NCBI GenBank assembly: GCA_043228905.1 | Contig: JBHGNT010001009.1 | Span: 1-12,962, forward strand | Direction: 5' to 3' | DNA: 12,962 nt | Origin: Azolla caroliniana | Taxonomy: Eukaryota > Plantae > Polypodiophyta | In this document: piece by piece, positions 1 to 8,663 of the stretch | Position numbering within the stretch: position 1 is the first letter of the stretch | Layout of the letters: the number at the start of each line of letters is the position of its first letter | Notes under the pieces: model-generated | What the model saw: the letters and a program-made list of their open reading frames with translations, nothing else | What the model was told of the DNA's origin: nothing | Database searches by the model: none | Position numbers and translations under genes: made by a program

Positions 1-798
1 ACAGTACCAGCACTCGGCGATGGCCTTCCCTTGCCGATTCTCATTGCTTCGACTCCCCCTGTTTCCGGAGGGTCCGGAGTTGCTGTCGGCATCACTTCGG
101 TGCCATCTTCCTTGATCTCGTCGGCCGCTTCCATTGCGTACCGACTCGCCTCGTCCGCCACGACCACGGGGCCTTTCTCCCTCCGTGTACAACATCTTGT
201 TGTCGGTGTGCATGCTCGTCGACGCACCCGCGTGGTTCTCCTCTACCAGGAGCATCGACTGTAAGTCGAAAAAGGACGACGTATTCTCCCAGGTACACAC
301 AACCGTTCGGAACGCTCCGAACTTCGACGCCAAACCTCCTAGACAGATCTGGACCATCTCGCTCTCCTTGATGTTCACCTCTATGGAGGCGAGGGAGTCG
401 CAGATATCCTTGATCTTCGAGGTATAGTCCGCCACCGACAAGTCGCGTTGTCGTAGGTTACTCAACTCCTGTCGGAGCTGAAGTTTCCTAGCTGTGGTGC
501 TCGCGGCGAAAATCTTCTTCAGATTTTCCCACGCACCCTTCGGCGTCTTTGCATCCCGAACATAGCTCAATAGTTGTTCGCCCACACACGACGCGAAGCA
601 CTACAATACCCTGCTCGCCGATTGCTCCCACGACGGGAAGTCTCTGTGTGTTGATTCGAGTGCCGCGTCATTAGCTCCTTCGACATAACTCCAGTAGCCG
701 TGCCCGAGCAGGTACTGGTGCATCTTGTAGGACCAAGACGCGTAGTTGGTTCTGTCGAGCTTCTCTGTTGGAAGCGAGCTTGCCATGCCTCTATCCAT
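1..798 (-). pseudogene. gag: Copia Gag (UBN2-type N-terminus through start of zinc knuckle), one in-frame stop
   Basis: MASSLPTEKLDRTNYASWSYKM..YLLGHGYW..; TAG at 601-603; same frame continues CFASCV..KGAWENLKKIF..KLQLRQEL..SVADYTSKIKDICDSL..LQSMLLVEE..RGRGGRG..ECWYC at the edge (1-600 is missing from the ORF track). Confidence 0.92.
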
Positions 799-858
799 CG
801 TTCTTCTTGTTCTTCTTCGTCAAGCTGTGTTGGCTGCAGAGAGATTCTCAACCATCGC

Positions 859-870
859 GCTCTGATACCA
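859..870 (-). promoter_or_regulatory. Primer binding site, initiator Met-tRNA
   Basis: + strand gctctgatacca = TGGTATCAGAGC on minus, abutting the LTR. Confidence 0.95.
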
Positions 871-1275
871 TGTAAAAAGTAACGTGCGGAAGCAGGTATG
901 AAGACCGAACAGAAGGAAGGAAACACAGGTTCAATGGAGAGCTTGAGCTTACACGGTATACACGAGAGAGACAGAGAGAGTGAGAGAGAAGACAAAAACT
1001 ATATTCAACAATAATACTCAGTCTGTATTCACCACTCTACACACATGTGTGTTCCATGAACACTTTTATACAAGTCCTCGAAGGACTGACCGAAGTACTG
1101 ACGGTACTTCAATGCTCATTAAGAGCTCCTACATTAACTCCCAAACATATTCCTCACAGAATATCTTCCCTAATGGCCTCCTGGTTTACGCACTCGGCCT
1201 AACCGATCGGTCCCAACCGATCCGGTCCTCGGCTTCTTCAGCCGAACCGGCCGATGTTGAGCTTGTCTCTCAACA
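871..1275 (-). repeat. 5' LTR of copia A (~405 bp)
   Basis: Inner end fixed by the PBS. Outer end TGTTGAGAG on minus, where unrelated coding sequence begins. Partner LTR is outside the window. Confidence 0.8.
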
Positions 1276-3314
1276 GTTCTTCTACAACGAGTATTTGGAC
1301 GTCAAACAAAAGTTTGGTGTCAAGCTACATCCTTGTCTACGACGCCAATGCTTGCATGAAGTCGGCATTGTGGTAGATGATAATGTTAAGTCCGATGGTC
1401 TTCAAAAATATGAGTCTTGGTTTCAACTGGCCTTTAGAGATGGAGAAGTATGGGACCTACAAGATCAAATCTTCTCAATGTGGGAGAATAAGGAGGTCAA
1501 GGGTCAACGACAAAAGAAATGTAAGGTAGACCCTCAACTAGAATTAAAGTCACAAGCGGCCAAGAAAATTGATTTGACAATTGAAGAAACGGTTGATGAC
1601 ATGAAGTTGTCTCTATGGAGAGTGATGCAAGGTATTAAGGACGAGCAGCTTCTTGTGTCTGTTTTGTCAAGGGTTGTGGCCAAATATTTAAGCCTTGAAG
1701 AAATTGTCACTGAGTTCAATACGTAAGTCTTTTCAAATAGTGATATTGAAGTCAATATGGTGCAATTGAAAGTTCTAATCTCGTTTTCTAATTTCACAAT
1801 CATAAGGTGTACATGAAGATCCAAGAAGTTATGATGAAACAACTTGAATGTATAACTTGGGAACAAGTGATCGAGGATTATCCTCTAACGTCTTCATATA
1901 AGGCGTTATCGGAGTATTTTATTGCAATCAAGGATTGGGTTAGTATTGGTGGTTTTTCATTAAGCTTTCATCATAGGTAGAGCTTGTATAATAATACTTG
2001 ATGTCCTATTGCTTCTATTAGAAACCGTGTCGTGGCAAGAAACAAGGAGAAGTTAAGGATATACACAATTTCCCGACATCCTTCCTTGCACATCTCAAGA
2101 GAGCCAGAAAAGAAAAGGATCGTCACTTAGTCAAGGCATACAAAATGGAGGAAGATGGCTCCTTCAAAAAAATTAGCCACAAAAAAGATATTACGAGAGA
2201 TCTTTACTACAATGTGGTTTGCAGTGATGTCATTGACATGATCCAAAAAGTGCCAAAGAAGGAATATACGCTAATGATTGCAGATATTCCTTACGGATTT
2301 CGAATGGCAGGGTCATCATACGACGATGAACCGTTTAGGTTAAAACAGTTTGAGAAGATGGTCAAGGATTTTGCTGAGCTAACGACTGCATCCTTGTGGA
2401 GAATAGTTGTCTTTCATAGTATGGACCAAGGGTACTCGGTAGCTCAAGCTTTGAGATCTTGTTGCCATGGCATCGAGAACCTTGCCTGGTAAGGATTATT
2501 TATAGGTCTCATTCGCAATATTGCCTTTCTTAAGATTGTTCAATCTATTCTTAACTCGATGTAATATTTGTTATAGGATAAAAACCAATGTAAATAGAGG
2601 ACCAACCTTTCGGTTCATTAATGCCATTGAATACATCACGGTTGGCTACTTCGATGAAATTAAGAAACAAAGAATCAAGGAGCATTCTAATAAAGTGGGA
2701 GGTTCAAATCTGCTGGTATATCCAGCAGTGACACAGAAATTGCGACATGTCACCACGATAGAATGGGGACTTGTCAACCCATACCAAAAAACCTCAACGA
2801 CTTATGATGCGCTTGATCGAGATGTTTTCTGTCAAAGGAGACTGGATATTAGACCTCTTTTCTGGCACAGGTATTCCTCGAACTACGGTAACGATCTTGA
2901 GATAACCAATACTGAATCTTTTTTGTTTGGGAACTAATTCTTCTTGTTACTTTCTTCACAAGAACGACGTCGGCATGTGCATTGAAACTCTTTATAAACA
3001 CAGTTGCATTGGAGAAGGACGAGGAGCAGGTTATATTTATAAACATGAGGATTAAGGCTTTGTGGGAATGCCCAAACCAGGACGAGGAGGTCGGTGCAAA
3101 GAACCTCGCTTATATTGAAAAGTTTCAACGTGCTTTGCGAGAGCCTATTCCTCCGGTAGTCGGGGAACCGGGGGAGCTAATAGAGCTTGATGATGAGCTT
3201 ATAGAAGATATTTCGTTGGCTCGGCTAACAGGGGAAGCCAATGCACGTATAGCCGAAGAGACTTCTATACAAGATGATGAAGAAAATGACTTTGACGATT
3301 TGATTGCTATGTAA
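1276..3314 (+). pseudogene. Intron-containing beta-class DNA N6-adenine/N4-cytosine methyltransferase (N6_N4_Mtase-like) gene, 5' end cut by copia A. Exons <=1276-1722, 1800-1938, 2022-2488, 2577-2870, 2962-3314; ~565 aa reconstructed
   Basis: Motif IV LMIADIPYG (DIPY 2283-2294); ENLAW|IKTN..NAIEYI across intron 3; motif X VNPYQKPQRLMMRLIEMFS after removing one A from A6 at 2786-2791; motif I GDWILDLFSGTG|TTSACALKL..VALEKDEEQ across intron 4. Donors GTAAGT 1723, GTTAGT 1939, GTAAGG 2489, GTATTC 2871; introns 77-91 bp with matching phases; two acceptors read CAA instead of CAG. Confidence 0.88.
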
Positions 3315-3838
3315 TAGACTCTTTTAAAAACGCGAAATGTAATGTTTGGATTTCACATTATTAATACAAATTTTGGGTTTTACTTGGTGGATTCTATTCT
3401 TTATAATCTTCTATATGTTTCAATTTTATTTTTATATACTTGGTTAGTAGACTTATGACATTGGTTTCACCGTGTGCATTGTTGACTACTAAATTTATGG
3501 AGAAACATGAATTAGTTTAAATTGAGGCTAATTTTGGTCAAAGTTTACCTTAACATAACATGGTCGTAGAATTGTTGCCATGACTGTCCATGTTGTTATT
3601 ATGGATCTTTGTCTTCTATTGTTAAAATTGTTATGTTTCTCTTCCATTGCTGCTTAGATTGCGTAGTGTGTTGATAATGGTTCCACTAGCATTATCTGTC
3701 AAGATTCTAACTCTTGACATGACCATGTTATAATCGAGTGTTTTGTGTTAACCACACATCTAGCATATAATCATGTATATACTTCCTCATTGTAGGTTTT
3801 AGCTAGCATCATGTGCATAATTTCTCCCTTGTATTATT

Positions 3839-3941
3839 TGTCAGGAACAGTACTAAGATAGAGAAGGAATTAGTACTAAAAGAAGTATTAGTACTAAGAG
3901 AGGTGAAGAACTCTCGAGAGAAGGAAATAGTGAGTGAGAGG

Positions 3942-3984
<43 letters not shown>

Positions 3985-4277
3985 TAAGAAAAGATATATA
4001 TTATGTGAAGAGAATGTACAGTAGTAGCTAGGAGGCTTAAGACTGGTGTTGAACCGATTTGGTTCGAAATAATGCCTCGTGCCTCCTTTTATAGTGTTCT
4101 AAGGAATACTCCTGAAGTTTCTAGAATGTTCCAGAGAAATCTGGAATATACATCAATTTTCTATAATAAAACATAAATGAAAATAATATTCTACGTATTA
4201 CAATGTATAGTCTAATGGTCAAGAGCTCGACCCATGTAGCATAAGGTCATGGGTTCGAGTCTTGCCATATCATGACA
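3839..4277 (-). mobile_element. Solo LTR (439 bp), same family as the gypsy LTR at 6641-7094
   Basis: TGTCA...TGACA termini, colinear with 6641-7094, perfect 5-bp TSD TTATT (3834-3838 and 4278-4282). Confidence 0.95.
3946..3981. repeat. (GA)n microsatellite inside the solo LTR
   Basis: Pure GA run; the equivalent run lies at ~6754-6790 in the other LTR. Confidence 0.95.
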
Positions 4278-4496
4278 TTATTAACACTTGGCACATGCAT
4301 GCGTACCTACTGCCTACATGCTCTATTGTATCACATGCGTGCAAAGGTATGCATGCCTCATCATCCGTGCTTTGTCTTAGTCCGTGCTTGGTGTGTCCGT
4401 GACAGTTTGTTCACCTTCCAACTAGAAGCATCACCCGTCTCCGTCATCGTCCTGGCTTCTAGAGTTACCATCGTCATTGTACCATCATCAACATCA

Positions 4497-4553
4497 CATC
4501 ATTGTCTCTATTTTTTAGTTTCTCCTCATCATTGTCTCTATTTTTTAGTTTCT
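4497..4553. repeat. Tandem duplication, period 30 bp
   Basis: catcattgtctctattttttagtttct at 4497 and 4527. Confidence 0.95.
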
Positions 4554-4556
4554 TTC

Positions 4557-4789
4557 CCGTTCGTGTTCATGTTCTAGTTCCCAGTGAGGGCCGCACAAGG
4601 CCGCTCACTCCCGTTGGTGTTCGTGTTCCAGTTCCCGATGAGGGCCGCACAAGGCCGCTCACTCCCGTTGGTGTTCGTGTTCCAGTTCTCGGTGAGGTCC
4701 GCACAAGACTGCTCACTCCCGTTGGTGTTTGTGTTTGAGTTCCCGGTGAGGGCCGCATGGTCGCTCACGCCCGTTCGTGTTCGAGTTCC
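4557..4789. repeat. 54-bp tandem repeat, ~4 units
   Basis: Units start at 4577, 4631, 4685, 4739 (gttccc.gtgagggccgcacaaggccgctcactcccgttggtgttcgtgttcca). Confidence 0.95.
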
Positions 4790-4814
4790 AAGTTGGAGGG
4801 GGGATAATGTCAAG

Positions 4815-5426
4815 ATACTTCTCGGGAAGTTGAACAGTGGATTCTTCTTTAGTGGTGCTGGAGGGGTTTACTGATATTGCAAAGAGGAACATTTCCTCTT
4901 TGCGCCCTTCTTTACGCAACTGACGTAGCGAAATGGTTGCCATCTTCTGAGTTGACCCTTGGGTTTGTCGACACTGGATTTCTCTTGTTCTCCAATCTAT
5001 GTCTGGGTTATGTAACTCGAACCATGGTAATCCTAAAACTATAGGATGTTCTGGGATACTAATAATATTAAATGATACTACACATGCTAAGTTATCTAGG
5101 ACAATATTAATGGGCTCTGACTCTTCTATGATATTTCCGGAAGCAATGGGACGTCCATCAATGACTACTACAGAGGCTGGACACTGGAGTTTTCTTAGGG
5201 ATATCTTATGAGCTTGAGCAAATTTCTTATCCATAAAGCAAGAGTTAGCTCCGGAATCTAGGAGTGCTAGGACATGTACTCGAGGGGTACTTTTAGTACT
5301 AACTATTACTTGGGCTATGAACACATCACTAACTTGCTTAGAGGGAATGGAACCACTAATGGGCTGCACAGATCTAGGGTTGTCCAACCAAACGGCTCCT
5401 ATTTTGGCTGGACTTAGTCATTTAAC
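4815..5426 (-). pseudogene. pol: Pol N-terminus: retropepsin aspartic protease
   Basis: ALLDSGANSCFMD active site; IVLGLPWFELHNPDIDW; ends LPEKY where RT would follow. Confidence 0.93.
5382..5426 (-). promoter_or_regulatory. Putative -1 ribosomal frameshift cassette at the gag/pol junction
   Basis: G TTA AAT heptamer (5426-5420), 6-nt spacer, stem GTCCAGCCAAA / TTTGGTTGGAC; pol lies in the -1 frame. Confidence 0.75.
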
Positions 5427-6566
5427 TCTTCTTCTAACTAACTAAGGACATCAAATTTGTTTGCTAGATCTGGGATATTAGTACTGTTAGGACTATCAGA
5501 TATCCCTACTGAAATAGGCTCGGGTTTAGTACAATTAGAACTAGCGACTATTTGGTTTACCTGTCTTCTTGGCCTATGGGGGCAATTTATTGCGATATGT
5601 CCTGTTCCACCGCAGTAAAGACATAGTCGATTTGTACGGCGTCGCTGCTTTTCTTCTTCGGATAATGGCCCTCGACGACGTGTAGTGTCAATCTCCATCG
5701 GAATCGGAGTATTCGCTGGAGGCGCATTATATGACTCCCTCGGAAAAGGTCTTGCTACCACTGAGGCGTAGGTGGGCTCTGATCTTGCCCTCGGCATCTG
5801 TAGTTGTCGTCCCGAACGTCGCTCAAAGAGGCGGTTGTCACATCTCACCGCGCATCTGATTGCTTATGTTAAGGACTTTGGCTCTTCGGGGAAGGTCAAG
5901 AGTAAATCCTTGACGTCGTTGCGTAAACCATAATGGAATTGCTCCATCAACGCTTGATCATCCCAAGGGATATCGGCGGCGAGTAGGCGAAAATCTGCAG
6001 CGTATGCGGAGGCTGGACGGTCACCTTGGCGTAATCGCCGGATTTTGTTGATTGCGGTCCTGATGTTGTCAGTATCTCCGAAACATGCTTTAAACTCACC
6101 TAGAAACTCTTCAAAATTGTTGAGTAACGGAGATTCCTTTTCTAATAGTGGAGCGAACCATGACAACGCTTAGCCACTTAACAAAGTGCCTACTAAACCC
6201 ACTCATGATGCATCGGTGGGATATCGGGAAGGATGCATTTGAATAACTAATCGTACCTAGTTAAGGAACCCTCTAAACTTCGATCGCGTTCCATCGAACT
6301 TCGTGGGAAGGCCAATCTTGGGTTCTTTATGAATCCCTTGTGTTCCGGGCCCTTGTTGTTGCATCGCTACGATGGTTGCTTCGAGTTGTTGCACGCGTAA
6401 CGCAAGTTCCCCATGCTATTGTTGCATTTGCTGCTTTTCTAAGGAGATTTGTTGAAGATCCCCCCAGCAACCGTTGGTTTTCTTGTTCCAAAGCATGGAA
6501 CTTCTCCTTCAAGCATTGAAATTCCGAGAAAACAGATTGATATTCTTCAGCGCTAACAGTGGCCAT
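5414..6566 (-). pseudogene. gag: Gypsy Gag (retrotransposon gag + zinc knuckle), one frameshift and several stops
   Basis: MATVSAEE..; extra base in C6 at 6460-6465; EPKIGLPTKFDGTRSKFRGFLN*; ALSWF; LRQGDRPASAYAADFR; FHYGLRNDVKD; PMEID; CLYCGGTGHIAINC; probable true stop TAA 5416-5414. Confidence 0.92.
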
Positions 6567-6640
6567 GGGATGAAAGAAAAGAGGAATAAAAGATTAGTAG
6601 GAAATGAGAGAGACAGAAGGTAGGAAAAATTGGTTCAAAC

Positions 6641-6745
6641 TGTCAGGAACAGTACTGAGACAGAGAAGGAATTAGTACTAAACGAAGGATTTGTACTATG
6701 AGAGGTGTGGAACTTCTTCAAGAGAAGGAAGAAGTGAGCGAGACG

Positions 6746-6793
<48 letters not shown>

Positions 6794-7094
6794 GAGTGAT
6801 GATAAGAAAGATATGTATTATATGAAGAGAATATACAATGGTGGCTAAAAGACTTAAGACTGGCGTTGAACCAATTTGGTTCAATATAATGCCTAGTGCC
6901 CTCTTTTATAGTGTTTTCAGGAGTAATCCTGAAGCTTCTAGAATGTTCCTGAGAAATCTGGAATATACGCTAATTTCCTATAATAAAATGTAAATGAAAA
7001 TAATATCCTACATATTACAATAGATGATCTAATGGTCAAGAGCTCGACCCATATAACCTAAGGTCATGGGTTCGAGTCTTGCTATATCATGACA
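6641..7094 (-). repeat. 5' LTR of the gypsy element (454 bp), TATA box at 6910-6904
   Basis: TGTCA...TGACA termini; homologous to the solo LTR 3839-4277; TATAAAA on minus. Confidence 0.93.
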
Positions 7095-8663
7095 GTGGTC
7101 ATATGTCGCGTGGTGGGATCACGACCAAATAGAGGACTATTTCGAGATATATTGCAAGGCAAATTTGATTCACAAGTAGGTGGAATAAAAGAAGTCCAAC
7201 TGCTTGGTAAAGGTTTTTATCAAATCGTTCTAGAGGACAAGGATTCCGCAACGAACCTCATAACCATGTCTCCTTGTCAGGTCCGAAACACTTGGTTATT
7301 CATGCGTAAATGGACACATGGTTTTAACCCAGAGAAGGCAACGCAACATGAGGATTCCATGAAAAAGGTAACAATGTTGTATCCTGGATTATCCTTAGAA
7401 TACAATATGTTACTTCCTATTATTGGCAACTCCTTTGGTATGTTGGATGAGGAACTAACGCTAGTGGACAGGCTAAAGAAGCACCTAGGCCCTCCCTCTA
7501 TCCGCCTATTGGTGTAGGACATCAACAAACTTCCCTCCAAGATCCTCATTCCCGGGAAAAACGGAATGTGGATTGAACAACGCATAGAAGTGATTGGCGC
7601 ACCAGGGCAATGTTTTGCATGCAAAAAACTTGGTCATTTAAAAAAGAACTGCCCCACAAGACGTATTAGAGATCCTATGAAGGAGACTCTGGAAGGTTGG
7701 GACACCATAGGACATCAGAAGCCTCCCCCACTACGACCCGATAAGGTTGTGATGGAATGGCGTGTGGTAGGAAAAACCCATGTCCTTCGGAAAACTCCAC
7801 AAGCACAAAATCCTCCATCGCCAATGAGCCCCAATCGATTTAATCTACTACAAGAGCTCCCCTCCATGGATGAGCATTCCCCTAGTTCTTTCTTAAGCCC
7901 CAAGGAACGGCCTAAGGTGACACCAAGCACACAAGAGAAAGTTCTCGTTAAAGCTTACAAAACAGGGAAGCGAAGAAGGATAAGTCATGTTAAGACCTTA
8001 ATACGGAGCTTGAGTGGAACGACACCCAATGCAGAAGCAACAAACCAAGGTAGAAGTTTGAATGTCACGCCTCATATCATATTCTTCCCGAACACAAATG
8101 AGTGTGATTCCTCTAGCCAAGACTTTGAACCACACCCGCAAAACGCCTTGAAATGGCTAGGTATTGGGCACAAGAAAATGGAAAAAATAAGGGTACATGT
8201 ATCAACAGTACACAATAACGGAGTTCTGACGACCTCAATCTTCTTTCCACTCTTGCTTCTGACACGGGAATATTGGTCGAAATCCAAGATTAAAGATACG
8301 CTATGTAGCCAAGCAACATGCTTTGTAGCAAAAATAAGTGATGAAGACCTCATGAACAAACTAAAGCAGCATTGGCATAACACTGAATTCTGGTGCACCA
8401 TGGATGAAGAGGAACCTCATCTCTGCCACATCCACCTACGGACTATCATAGACACCCAACTAACTCCAAGCTATTTCTATTTCTATGAGAAGCATGAAGG
8501 GGCGATTGAAGCTCACAAGATAGCCCACAAACTCCATTCATGGATGTGGACCATCATTCCATCAATGGAAATGACTGGCTGTCAAAATGGTGAGTGCTCC
8601 CCACTCACGGCATGTTGTGCAAAGCATCAGACAAAAATCTCTCACTCCATTCCACGATTATGA
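7095..8663 (+). pseudogene. LINE ORF1 (DUF4283-like + zinc knuckle + long C-terminal extension), one stop at 7515-7517
   Basis: VVICRVVG..LGKGFYQIVL..LFMRKWTHGFNP; CFACKKLGHLKKNC; ORFs 7089-7517 and 7566-8663 share a frame. Confidence 0.85.

Larger units (their letters stand above)
1..1275 (-). mobile_element. Ty1/copia LTR retrotransposon A, 5' part (LTR + PBS + gag); continues beyond the left edge
   Basis: LTR TGTTG...ACA on minus (1275->871), followed directly by PBS TGGTATCAGAGC and a copia-type gag. Confidence 0.93.
3697..4816 (+). mobile_element. Small non-coding LTR element (TRIM-like): 5' LTR 3697-4404 (~264 bp after removing the nested solo LTR), ~400-bp internal region, PPT, 9-bp stub of the 3' LTR
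   Basis: TGTCA(3697)...TGACA(4404) termini; PPT GGAGGGGGGA 4795-4804; TGTCAAGAT at 4808-4816 is identical to 3697-3705. Confidence 0.65.
4815..7094 (-). mobile_element. Ty3/gypsy LTR retrotransposon (Tf1/sushi- or chromovirus-like), truncated just before RT
   Basis: 5' LTR 7094->6641, gag with CCHC knuckle, protease in the -1 frame; coding breaks after QLPEKY. Confidence 0.92.

Noticed and set aside
980-1726. 248-aa ORF as a stand-alone gene
   Set aside because: Chimera: the first ~99 codons are antisense copia LTR, the rest is MTase exon 1, and the stop lies in the GTAAGT donor
2145-3314. Bacterial restriction-modification operon or contamination
   Set aside because: The MTase is split by spliceosomal introns, is flanked by plant retroelements and has no nuclease partner
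3315-3696. Terminus of a DNA transposon carrying the MTase
   Set aside because: AT-rich 3' region with no TIR, Helitron end or TSD that I could support from this window alone
3813-4031. Short ORFs with ERERE/SLSLS runs (also 567-995, 6696-6884, 9936-10154, 12434-12634)
   Set aside because: Translations of (GA)n/(CT)n tracts within LTRs
4201-4277. Functional tRNA gene
   Set aside because: Acceptor and anticodon stems do not pair; only A/B-box-like motifs remain (reported as a finding)
4557-4789. CRISPR-like array of palindromic repeats
   Set aside because: Units are contiguous with no unique spacers, there are no cas genes, and the context is eukaryotic
4272-4874. Overlapping repetitive ORFs (GRTRPLTPVGV, NTNTNGSE and others)
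   Set aside because: By-products of 30- and 54-bp repeats whose lengths are multiples of 3
3839-7094. One intact gypsy element bounded by LTRs 3839-4277 and 6641-7094
   Set aside because: The left LTR has its own TTATT TSD on both sides and no adjacent PPT; the right LTR's outer flank is GTGGT
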